16,828 nucleotides of DNA from Candidatus Thorarchaeota archaeon (GCA_048882485.1 JBHLRP010000055.1:1-16828); one strand, 5' to 3'. Shown: positions 8,410 to 16,180, counted from the stretch's first letter. Notes: generated by a model from the letters alone, not told the origin. Made by a program: numbers and translations.

Positions 8410-8856
8410 CTATTGCAGACAGTCAATCAGGAATACCTCTGCATCTGAGCGAAGACATCTTGGATATTCTCTCAGATGAACTCTAACACTGATCACGTCA
8501 GAGTTACTTGCCAGCCTTATTTCACCAAGATACGATGCCTGCTTATCAATCCTGAGAAAGAGAACACATTGGTCATCTAGTCTTCGAGAGAGTGTCCTCC
8601 TTAGGGTCTTTCTTTCCTTTTCTGAAAGACTCCCAATAATTCTGGCGAATGTCCGCTCACAATAAAGCCTCTTCTCAATGGAAGCGTGAATGATGACTAT
8701 CTCCGTATTCTTATGACTCTCCGTTGATTCAGCCTCAATCTCAACTGAATCTCGCAGTTCTTCAGGATAGAGATTCAGGACTGCCTCAGTCACCCTCTCG
8801 ACTATTTCAGTGCCCCTTGAGTATGCACGTGCCTCAATTTTGCTGATGAATGGCAT
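8410..8856 (-). CDS. Archaeal predicted RNA-binding protein (COG1325 / exosome-superoperon protein)
   Basis: AYSRGTE..ERVTEAVLNL and LFLRIDKQASYLG motifs, in the canonical position between rpl15e and Rpp30. Confidence 0.88.
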   Translation of the reverse strand: MPFISKIEARAYSRGTEIVERVTEAVLNLYPEELRDSVEIEAESTESHKNTEIVIIHASIEKRLYCERTFARIIGSLSEKERKTLRRTLSRRLDDQCVLFLRIDKQASYLGEIRLASNSDVISVRVHLREYPRCLRSDAEVFLIDCLQ

Positions 8857-8885
8857 ACACGAGTCTCCAGTGGGAGTCCAATGTA

Positions 8886-9470
8886 TTATTTGCCGACGTT
8901 ACCCTTTGCACCAAGGGACGGCCTGATTTTCTCAGCACCTCTTCCTTTCCTTCTAAGTCCTCTACTACGCTTTCCAGCTGATGTGAGTCCGCGGCTCTCC
9001 CTTCCTCTCTGAACAGGATCGCAAATCCAATTGATTTCTGGATCGTTGTAGATGACAGGATGATTTGGATCGACCAGAATGACCTCGTGCCAAACCCACT
9101 TGTGATCGGAGCCTACCCAGTAGGAGTTTAGAACACGGAGGTTTGGATACTTTCGAGCTGCTCTCTCTTCAGCAATCCACCGACGGGATTTCTGTGGCGT
9201 ATACTTAGTGACACCCATACTCCTTGGCTTTCTTCCCATTCGTGGCCTTGGCTTCTCCCTTGGCCCTCTTCCAGTCTTGATTCTCGCGACTACATACCCC
9301 TGCTTTGCTTTGTAGCCAAGCGACCGTGCACGGCCGAGTCTTGTCGGCCTGTCCAGCCTTACAATTGCGCCTTGTTTTCTCCAGACAATCAGTCTGCTCT
9401 TTACTATCTCGGAACGCTCATGCTGTTCCTTAATCCAACTATCATTCATGTGCCTGTATGCTGTAGGCAT
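8886..9470 (-). CDS. rpl15e: 50S ribosomal protein L15e (eL15)
   Basis: RPTRLGRARSLGYKAKQG, IAEERAARKYPNLRVLNSYWV, EVILVDPNHP, RGLTSAGK. Confidence 0.98.
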   Translation of the reverse strand: MPTAYRHMNDSWIKEQHERSEIVKSRLIVWRKQGAIVRLDRPTRLGRARSLGYKAKQGYVVARIKTGRGPREKPRPRMGRKPRSMGVTKYTPQKSRRWIAEERAARKYPNLRVLNSYWVGSDHKWVWHEVILVDPNHPVIYNDPEINWICDPVQRGRESRGLTSAGKRSRGLRRKGRGAEKIRPSLGAKGNVGK

Positions 9471-9501
9471 GAAACTACCATCCTCTGTTGTAATTCATTC
9501 G

Positions 9502-9595
9502 CTTTGTTTGTGGTTCAGCCTCTATGGGCCACATCCCTTGCGGACGTATCCGCCTAAACAAAGGAAATGGTTTGGCTTTTCAGCCACTATTTTCC
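9502..9595 (-). ncRNA. Structured 5' leader of rpl15e (putative eL15 autoregulatory ribosomal leader)
   Basis: On the mRNA strand, CUUUGUU/AACAAAG closes a three-way junction containing GCGGA-UACG-UCCGC and UGUGG-CC...GG-CUGAA-CCACA. An upstream UGGCU-GAAA-AGCCA hairpin precedes it. The tetraloops read as UNCG/GNRA only on the coding strand. Confidence 0.72.
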
Positions 9596-9639
9596 CCCTG
9601 TAATTCGCTTTTAGGTGTAGCGATTGGTTTCCCAGTGCA

Positions 9640-10551
9640 TCATTTGAACTCTGCAATCACTTTCTCTGCTGTAAGCTCTCCAACCCTGACCTGAGCCTCT
9701 GAGGTAGATGATGATACATGCGGAGTGGCAATCACCCTTGAATGCTTGACTAGTTTCCAATCGACAGGCGGCTCTTTCTCAAAGACATCAAGCGCGGCAC
9801 CAGCGATTTTGTTTTCTTCCAAGGCCTTGAGCAGGGCCTGTTCATCTACGACTCCTCCTCGGGCTGTATTGATGAGAAAGGCCGACTCCTTCATCATCTC
9901 TAGTTCCTTCTGGTCAATCATACCTCTTGTAGCAGGAACAAGAGGGACATGCAACGTGACATAGTCCGCTCGCTTGAGCAAGTCCTCTATTTCTGTTCTC
10001 TCAGCACCATACTCTACGCATGCCAAGTCAATGTCCACGACATCACAAGCCAGAACCTCCATATCGAGTGCTCTTGCTCTCTTTGCCACTTCGCATCCTA
10101 TTCTACCAAAACCTATGATGCCTAATGTCTTCTGCCAAAGCTCGGTACCTTTTAGCTTCTTCTTTTCCCACCGTTCATTCTTCATTGAGCTGTCTGCGAA
10201 AGTCACGTTTCTTGATAATGCAAACATGAGAGCAATGACCATCTCCGCAACTGATACTGTTGGTGCTTCGGGAGTGTTCAGCACCTTGACACCCTTTTCT
10301 TTTGCAGCCTCAAGGTCGACATTGTCTAACCCCACGCCTGCCCTGACAACAAGCTTCAACATATCCGCTGCACCGATGACGTCTTTGGTCACTTTTGTGG
10401 CACTGCGAACCACAATGCAATCGAATCCCTTTATCTGGTCTTCAACTGGACCGTCGGTTTCACTATTCCTAATCACCACATCATGTCCCGCATCCTTCAT
10501 CTTGGCAACAGCGGAATCTGCAACCGGATCGGCAATGAGTATACGTACCAT
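9640..10551 (-). CDS. D-isomer-specific 2-hydroxyacid dehydrogenase, D-3-phosphoglycerate dehydrogenase-like (short form without ACT domain)
   Basis: IVVRSATKVT, RAGVGLDNVD, GIIGFGRIG, TLHVPL, INTARGGVVDE, AALDVFEKEP, TPHVSSST.EAQ.RV. Start placed at ATG 10551 (GGAGAG SD) instead of 10572. Confidence 0.92.
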   Translation of the reverse strand: MVRILIADPVADSAVAKMKDAGHDVVIRNSETDGPVEDQIKGFDCIVVRSATKVTKDVIGAADMLKLVVRAGVGLDNVDLEAAKEKGVKVLNTPEAPTVSVAEMVIALMFALSRNVTFADSSMKNERWEKKKLKGTELWQKTLGIIGFGRIGCEVAKRARALDMEVLACDVVDIDLACVEYGAERTEIEDLLKRADYVTLHVPLVPATRGMIDQKELEMMKESAFLINTARGGVVDEQALLKALEENKIAGAALDVFEKEPPVDWKLVKHSRVIATPHVSSSTSEAQVRVGELTAEKVIAEFK

Positions 10552-10603
10552 TGTCTGATACTCTCCAAACAATAGAGTGAGCTTGGGCCGGTAGGAGGTT
10601 CAT

Positions 10604-10635
10604 CTTAAGTTTGGTGGCCACGACATTTACTTAAG
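10604..10635. promoter_or_regulatory. Back-to-back TATA-like elements of divergent promoters
   Basis: CTTAAGT (10604-10610) and ACTTAAG (10629-10635) lie between the divergent dehydrogenase and flavin reductase genes. The second is about 25-30 nt before ATG 10659, consistent with a leaderless transcript. Confidence 0.45.
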
Positions 10636-10658
10636 CACTAAATATCTCCCCAAATCTC

Positions 10659-11198
10659 ATGAAGATTGAGTGGAGGCCAACCACTGCAGTGGTGCCTTGT
10701 CCTGTAGTTCTCCTCAGTGTAGCAGGCGAAGACCGACCGAACATCATCACATTATCTTGGGTAGCGAATGTATGCAGCAATCCACCTACAGTTGTTGCTG
10801 GAATTAGAACCCAGAGACACAGCTATGAGATGGTGAAGAACGCTGGCGAATTTGTCCTCAATATTCCATCCATTGATCAATTGGATGCTGCAGAGTTTGC
10901 AGGAACGAAGTCCGGGCGCAATCATGACAAGTTCAAGGAATGCAATTTAACTCCTGTTCCTGCGACGAAAGTCAATTCGCCAATGATTGAGGAATGCCCC
11001 ATCAATATCGAATGCAAGGTCGTCAAGGTTGAAAGCGCTGGCGTACACGACGTATTTACAGCTGAGGTCGTTGCAGTCCATATAGACGAGTCTGTTCTTG
11101 ATGAGAATGGACGATTCGTCACATCCAAAGCGCAGCCTTTTACATATCTGCCATTGAATGGAGAATACTGGTCTCTAGGCAAGCGTTTGCAGGTATGA
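10659..11198 (+). CDS. Flavin reductase-like FMN-binding protein (flavoredoxin, DIM6/NTAB family)
   Basis: PCPVVLLS, NIITLSW, GEFVLNIP, GTKSGRNHDKF, PMIEECPINIEC, GVHDVF. Confidence 0.93.
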   Translation: MKIEWRPTTAVVPCPVVLLSVAGEDRPNIITLSWVANVCSNPPTVVAGIRTQRHSYEMVKNAGEFVLNIPSIDQLDAAEFAGTKSGRNHDKFKECNLTPVPATKVNSPMIEECPINIECKVVKVESAGVHDVFTAEVVAVHIDESVLDENGRFVTSKAQPFTYLPLNGEYWSLGKRLQV

Positions 11199-11203
11199 GG
11201 GCA

Positions 11204-11644
11204 TCATGGTGTACTGATCCGTACATTAATGCCCTCGAACTCCTCCTCGTCATAGAATCTAGGAGATTGAAGCTGGCGTACAGATGTTTCTCCATCTGAA
11301 TCTAGGATAATCCAAGCTCCTCTAGGGACATGATCTTCCTTCAAAAAGACATCAAAGGTGATTCCAGGGAATTCAACGATAATTGGTTCATGTCCAAGCA
11401 GATTAAACAACCCACAAGCCTCTTGAGCTCGGCTGACACTGTCCAGTCGTGCAAGGATTGGTATCCATTCGTCAGTGGCTCCTGACCACTTTAGTACAGG
11501 GTGTGAATTTGGCGGCGGCCACATACCTTTCCGCACTGCAGCATACTCTCCTGTACCAAGTTCATAGATTGTAGGTGCTCTACCTGCTCTTGCCAGAAAA
11601 GTACCGTGTGCCTTAGCATCATCAAGTGTAAGAAAAATCTCCAT
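11204..11644 (-). CDS. Hypothetical protein with two internal ~55-aa beta-alpha-beta repeats
   Basis: The ORF fills the gap between flavin reductase and ychF. ATG 11644 has a GGTGA SD (ORF-track start 11710). No recognisable family motif. Confidence 0.7.
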   Translation of the reverse strand: MEIFLTLDDAKAHGTFLARAGRAPTIYELGTGEYAAVRKGMWPPPNSHPVLKWSGATDEWIPILARLDSVSRAQEACGLFNLLGHEPIIVEFPGITFDVFLKEDHVPRGAWIILDSDGETSVRQLQSPRFYDEEEFEGINVRISTP

Positions 11645-11851
11645 TTGCTTCACCGTTGTGTGTACTCGACAGCACTTTGTTGTTGCAGAAACTGAGAAAT
11701 CGCACATCATCTGATATGCTTAGAATTGTCAAAAAATTGCAAAATGAAAGCCAGAGATCGTGATTCGTCTGCATTTTCCCATAGGACTTTAAATTAGACT
11801 ATATACTACGGTTGTGATTTGCCTGATAGGTTCTGGTTCATCGCTATGCTC

Positions 11852-13060
11852 TCACTTTGCTGATACCACACAAATGACATCACGGTCCTTGAGCACATGT
11901 TTGTCTGAGATTCTCATCTTTGTACGGGCATCTATTGCATGAATGAATGATTCCATCAGATCTGTATGAATGTGCCCAGCGAATTCCTTGGCCGTTGTTC
12001 CTTCAGGGACGAGATACACATCGGGTAGGACATTCCCATCACCATCCGTCAATGAATTTGCGTCTTGAACAGGATAGACAGTAATCATGTTGAGATATTC
12101 GAACACAGCCTTGTTCAGAATGTTTTGAACCCCCGTGCCCCCATATTTCTTGAGTATGTGTTCTCTGAGTTTCTCAAGCTGTTCAACTTCTGCATCCTTC
12201 AAGTCCTCTCTTTTGAGAATCTCGAAGTCATCGTCACCTGGAATGTATTTGATTACAGACTTCTTCTCTAGGTCCTTGAGCACCTTCTCAGCGAGGGCAC
12301 TTACTGGCACAATGAGAAGGTCTGGGAATGTTTCTTTCAACCTCTCATAGTTCTCTTCTGCCTTTGGTCTGTCAATCTTATTTGCTGCAATTATCAAAGG
12401 CTTAGCGAAATGCCAGAGAGTCGATGCAAAGTTCCTCAGCTCCTCTTCTGACCACTGGTCGGCAGCTTCGGCTTTGAGTTCTGAGTCACGAATGGCCTTC
12501 AGGATATGTTTACGGGCGACCTTCAATCCAGATAGTTTTTCAAGCAGAATCTCATCCAATCTCGTTCCTTCTGCTCTCACACGACCAGCTATTCTTCGCC
12601 AGTCCTTCTGGATGATTGCCAATACCCACTCGGTGATCTCCTCCTCCAGAAACCTCACATCCTCAATTGGATCATGACTTCCAGCATCAACTTCTTGTCC
12701 CTCCGCATCCAAGGCGCCGCTAGCATCTACAATATGTATCAAAACATCAGCCTGCCTCAAGTCGTCTAAGAACTGATTGCCCATCCCCCGCCCTTTATGG
12801 GCGCCAGGCACCAGACCTGCGACATCAATCAGTTTGATTGGGACTAGTCGAATTCGTTCAATACAGACTGAGTTCTGAGGGTTGTCATCCACACCAAAAT
12901 CTCCACACGCGCATGGAGTCCTAACATGGGTCACACCCACATTTGCCTGGATAGTTGTGAATGGATAGCTCCCTTCCTTGAAATCCGTCATACAGGCGGC
13001 ATTAGTGAATGAGGTCTTTCCGCATGACGGTTTTCCTACTATCCCTACACTGAATCCCAT
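11852..13060 (-). CDS. ychF: Archaeal YchF/Obg-family translation-associated NTPase with TGS domain
   Basis: GIVGKPSCGKT, YPFTTI, DVAGLVPGAHKGRGMGNQFLDDLRQAD, NKID, and C-terminal LPD...HIHTDL TGS domain. Confidence 0.95.
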   Translation of the reverse strand: MGFSVGIVGKPSCGKTSFTNAACMTDFKEGSYPFTTIQANVGVTHVRTPCACGDFGVDDNPQNSVCIERIRLVPIKLIDVAGLVPGAHKGRGMGNQFLDDLRQADVLIHIVDASGALDAEGQEVDAGSHDPIEDVRFLEEEITEWVLAIIQKDWRRIAGRVRAEGTRLDEILLEKLSGLKVARKHILKAIRDSELKAEAADQWSEEELRNFASTLWHFAKPLIIAANKIDRPKAEENYERLKETFPDLLIVPVSALAEKVLKDLEKKSVIKYIPGDDDFEILKREDLKDAEVEQLEKLREHILKKYGGTGVQNILNKAVFEYLNMITVYPVQDANSLTDGDGNVLPDVYLVPEGTTAKEFAGHIHTDLMESFIHAIDARTKMRISDKHVLKDRDVICVVSAK

Positions 13061-13133
13061 TCTTCATCTCTCCACACATACACAGCTCATAAGCCGGATT
13101 AAACTGTTCAGGTTCGGTTTCACCGAATGATTT

Positions 13134-13175
13134 TTATGAATTAGGATTCATAATTAATATTGAATCAGGATTCAT
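13134..13175. promoter_or_regulatory. Tandem palindromic operators upstream of the nifX-like/ATPase operon
   Basis: TTATGAAT-TAGG-ATTCATAA (13134-13153) and TGAAT-CAGG-ATTCA (13161-13174). The cores are 13/14 identical and 24 bp apart. Confidence 0.75.
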
Positions 13176-13207
13176 TATTCTGATAGACGAACTATGAATG
13201 TGAGAAT

Positions 13208-13627
13208 ATGACCAAGATTTGTGTGACCTCTCAAGGTGACGAAATGGACGCACCCATGGATCCCAGGTTCGGAAGATGCAGCTACTTCATATTTGTAAAT
13301 TCAGATTCAGGGGAATTCAGTGTGGTTGGAAATGACGCTGTTTCTCGTGCACATGGCGCTGGGATAAGGGCTGCTCAGACTGTAGTTTCAAACGGTGCAA
13401 ACGTGGTGATAACTGGCACCTTGGGTCCAAATGCCTACCCAGCTCTGCGCAACGCTGGCATCCAAATATTGACAGCAACATCAGGTTCGGTTAGAGATGC
13501 AATTGAATCATACAAGAAAGGCTTTCTCAGTGAGATAGCATCTCCCGGTCCTGCGCACATGGGAATTGGTGGAGGTATGGGTCGAGGAAGAGGTCGTGGT
13601 GGACGTAGAGGAAGAGGAGGATACTAG
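13208..13627 (+). CDS. NifB/NifX-family (FeMo-cofactor-binding domain, COG1433) protein with Gly/Arg-rich tail
   Basis: DPRFGRCSYF, GAGIRAAQ, VITGTLGPNA, then a GMGRGRGRGGRRGRGG C-terminus. Confidence 0.93.
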   Translation: MTKICVTSQGDEMDAPMDPRFGRCSYFIFVNSDSGEFSVVGNDAVSRAHGAGIRAAQTVVSNGANVVITGTLGPNAYPALRNAGIQILTATSGSVRDAIESYKKGFLSEIASPGPAHMGIGGGMGRGRGRGGRRGRGGY

Positions 13628-13629
13628 GA

Positions 13630-13998
13630 TTGAAACGCAGACTACTGTTTCCGTGCGAAGATCCAGGTGGTCAATATGTCGCCGCTCATTTCGGCCGCGC
13701 GCCCTACTTTGTGGCTGTCGACCTTGATGAGAGCGGCACCGTCATGGAAAAGTCAGTTCATCCCAATACTGGAGAGCATACCGGAGGTAAGGGCCATGCT
13801 CACAGCAATGTTATGAGCCTAGACCCAAACGTGGTGATTGTACAGGGCATGGGACCTCGAGGCCTAACAAGTTTCCAGAGTAAAGACATTGCAGTATTGC
13901 AGGCCAATAGCAATCTTATCGATAATCTAGTGGACGCATACAAACGAAATGAGCTTCGAGAGCTCACAGAGGGCTGTTCACAGGCGCACCATAAATGA
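13630..13998 (+). CDS. Second NifB/NifX-family protein, His-rich
   Basis: AAHFGRAPYF, HTGGKGHAH, VIVQGMGPRG and C-terminal CSQAHHK. TTG start 2 nt after the previous stop. Confidence 0.9.
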   Translation: MKRRLLFPCEDPGGQYVAAHFGRAPYFVAVDLDESGTVMEKSVHPNTGEHTGGKGHAHSNVMSLDPNVVIVQGMGPRGLTSFQSKDIAVLQANSNLIDNLVDAYKRNELRELTEGCSQAHHK

Positions 13999-14004
13999 AT
14001 CAAC

Positions 14005-14865
14005 ATGGGTCAGAGGCCGGCAGTCTTGATTATAACAGTTGCATCTGGAAAAGGCGGTACAGGCAAGACCACCGTCGCTGTGAACATGGCTTTGTCATTA
14101 GGAGATGCCAATCTTCTTGATTGTGATGTAGAGGAACCCAACGTACACGCACTACTCCATCCTGAGAAAACGTACTCGGAACCTGTGACGGTGCCAACCC
14201 CTCTTATTGACATGGACCGATGCACGCTCTGTGCAACATGTGCTGAGTTCTGTGAGTTCAACGCAATATTCGTTGGCAAGAGCGTGCTTGTTTACCCGGA
14301 GATCTGTCATTCATGTGGAGGCTGCTCCCTAGTCTGCCCTGAGGGTGCTATTGAGGAAAAGCCTCGTCAAGTTGGAAATCTATACAGAACGGAAGTAGAT
14401 GGGATTCATCTTGCATATGGAGAGCTCAATGTTGGAGAGCCGGTAGCAATCCCTGTTATCAAAGCAGTCAAGAAGATGATTGACCAAGAGGGAATCACGA
14501 TTCTAGATGCCCCACCAGGCACTGCCTGTCCAGTCATTGAAACGATGCAGGACAGTGACTTTGTTGTATTAGTGACTGAGCCCACGCCCTTTGGGCTTCA
14601 TGATCTTTCAATGACGGTTGATGTCATTAGGGAACTTGATATTCCCCATGGTGTTGTATTGAATCGTGTGGGGATTGGAAATGATGAGGTGAGAGAGTTC
14701 TGTAGAGCAAAGGGTATTCCCGTCTTACTTGAGATTCCATTTGACAGAAAGATAGCCGAGCTGTATTCCAAGGGGATGCCCTTTGTCCAAGAGATGCCCG
14801 TCTGGAGAGAACGATTCATAGATCTGTTCGAGGTCATAAAGGAGCTGTCAAGAAGTGGCAATTGA
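14005..14865 (+). CDS. MinD-superfamily P-loop ATPase with inserted 2x[4Fe-4S] ferredoxin domain (COG1149), paralogue A
   Basis: ASGKGGTGKTT, DCDVEEPN, CTLCATCAEFC, CHSCGGCSLVCP, DAPPGTACP, VTEPTPFGLHDL. The true start may be TTG 14026. Confidence 0.95.
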   Translation: MGQRPAVLIITVASGKGGTGKTTVAVNMALSLGDANLLDCDVEEPNVHALLHPEKTYSEPVTVPTPLIDMDRCTLCATCAEFCEFNAIFVGKSVLVYPEICHSCGGCSLVCPEGAIEEKPRQVGNLYRTEVDGIHLAYGELNVGEPVAIPVIKAVKKMIDQEGITILDAPPGTACPVIETMQDSDFVVLVTEPTPFGLHDLSMTVDVIRELDIPHGVVLNRVGIGNDEVREFCRAKGIPVLLEIPFDRKIAELYSKGMPFVQEMPVWRERFIDLFEVIKELSRSGN

Positions 14866-15724
14866 GATTGCAATCGTCAGTGGAAAAGGCGGTACAGGCA
14901 AGACCACGATAGCAGCAGCGTTCGCAGCAATCTCACAAAACCTTGTGACTGCTGATTGTGATGTGGATGCTCCAGATTTGCACATCCTTCTACAACCTGA
15001 CAAGACAAAGACTGAGGAGTTTCAAAGCTCGAAAGTTGCATTGATTGAACCGGATACATGTACAGGATGTGGCCTGTGTGCAGAGAAGTGTCGTTTTGAA
15101 GCAATCAACCCTCCTGAGATTAACACAATAGCGTGTGAGGGATGTGGGGTCTGTGCATACGTCTGTCCTGAAAAAGCGATAGATATGACTCCCCGTACTT
15201 CAGGGTTCCTCCATGAATCCATGACTCGTTTTGGTCCTATGTCCCATGCCAAACTGTTGCCTGGTGAAGGCAACTCTGGCAAGCTAGTGACGGAAGTTCG
15301 GAGGCAAGCCCAGAAACTTGCTGACAAGAATAGTCAAGACATTACTCTGATAGACGGGTCCCCAGGAATCGGCTGCCCTGTGATTGCTACAGTCAGTGGC
15401 ATAAAATTGGGAGTGATAGTGACTGAACCCACCATGTCTGGCATTCATGATATGGAACGAGTCATGGCACTCCTAGAGCGGTTCAGGGTTCGTACGATGG
15501 TTCTAGTCAACAAATATGACCTCAATCCTGAGAACACTCGGCAAATTGAGCAGATATGTATTGAGAATGGAGTGGACTTTCTGGGCACAGTCCCATTTGA
15601 TCCAGTCATGACCGAATCAATGGTGGCTGCGAAGACATTACCCGAGTTTGTCCCCGATCATGAGATAACCCATTTATTGAAGAGCATGTGGGGCAAAATC
15701 ACTGAAGCTGTATCGATTGAATAA
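14855..15724 (+). CDS. MinD-superfamily P-loop ATPase with inserted 2x[4Fe-4S] ferredoxin domain (COG1149), paralogue B
   Basis: SGKGGTGKTT, DCDVDAPDL, CTGCGLCAEKC, CEGCGVCAYVCP, GEGNSGKLV, DGSPGIGCP, VTEPTMSGIHD. Overlaps paralogue A by 11 nt. Confidence 0.95.
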   Translation: MAIEIAIVSGKGGTGKTTIAAAFAAISQNLVTADCDVDAPDLHILLQPDKTKTEEFQSSKVALIEPDTCTGCGLCAEKCRFEAINPPEINTIACEGCGVCAYVCPEKAIDMTPRTSGFLHESMTRFGPMSHAKLLPGEGNSGKLVTEVRRQAQKLADKNSQDITLIDGSPGIGCPVIATVSGIKLGVIVTEPTMSGIHDMERVMALLERFRVRTMVLVNKYDLNPENTRQIEQICIENGVDFLGTVPFDPVMTESMVAAKTLPEFVPDHEITHLLKSMWGKITEAVSIE

Positions 15725-15727
15725 AGT

Positions 15728-15744
15728 GGGGGTATAACACCCCC
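15728..15744. terminator. GC-rich hairpin between convergent genes (possible bidirectional terminator/3' stabiliser)
   Basis: GGGGGT-ATAAC-ACCCCC occupies 17 of the 22 nt between the ATPase B and DUF5320 stops. Confidence 0.45.
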
Positions 15745-15746
15745 TC

Positions 15747-16061
15747 TCATTCCTTTTCTTCTATCTCAGTTAGTCGTTTCTCGATTCTCTGAAAGGCTTC
15801 CTGGATTGATTTCAGCTGACTTTCTAACAGGTCTCTCTGATACTGTAACGCCTCACGTTCTTCTGTTGGAGTTATTTGACCTACAATCGGAGGTTTCACT
15901 CCATAGTCTCTCCAATATCCAAGCGTCCAGCAAGAGCCGGGTCCATAAAGCCATCCTGGTCTCTCCCATGGAGGGAGATTTCGGAAAGGCCCATTTCCAG
16001 GCCATCTGCCACCACGACCCCAGCTGCCTCTACGTCCATATCCATACATATGATTGCTCAT
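15747..16061 (-). CDS. DUF5320-family protein
   Basis: Gly/Arg/aromatic N-terminus with RWPGNGPFRNLPPWERPGW, and a C-terminal coiled coil (EEREALQYQRDLLESQLKSIQEAFQRIEKRLTEIE), next to NifX-like/ATPase/DUF134 genes. Confidence 0.82.
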   Translation of the reverse strand: MSNHMYGYGRRGSWGRGGRWPGNGPFRNLPPWERPGWLYGPGSCWTLGYWRDYGVKPPIVGQITPTEEREALQYQRDLLESQLKSIQEAFQRIEKRLTEIEEKE

Positions 16062-16075
16062 CTCGTTATGTTATT

Positions 16076-16114
16076 TTGTGCATATGCACAACATTATTTA
16101 TGTGCATACGAACG
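16076..16114. promoter_or_regulatory. Palindromic operator plus degenerate second copy between divergent DUF5320 and DUF134 genes
   Basis: Perfect TTGTGCATATGCACAA (16076-16091) and TGTGCATACGAACG (16101-16114), 24 bp apart. Confidence 0.75.
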
Positions 16115-16180
16115 AATATAAGCGTATTGGACTGACAAAGCTTGAAACAAATCTGTTTGACAGAGCTGCTGGTGAGAGAT

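Noticed and set aside
7835-8479. 214-aa + strand ORF
   Set aside because: Antisense shadow of Rpp30; Ser/Ala/Thr-rich with no motif.
9725-10558. 79-aa and 194-aa + strand ORFs
   Set aside because: Antisense shadows of the hydroxyacid dehydrogenase, with typical reverse-frame composition.
11711-11851. Imperfect inverted repeat ATGAAAGCCAGA / TCTGGTTCAT downstream of ychF, considered as SECIS or sRNA
   Set aside because: Short, gapped and widely spaced; spacing does not fit a SECIS, and no TGA-readthrough gene is adjacent.
13208-15724. Interpretation as a nitrogen-fixation (nif) cluster
   Set aside because: No nifH/D/K/E/N and no radical-SAM NifB domain. The ATPases lack NifH signatures and carry inserted ferredoxin domains.
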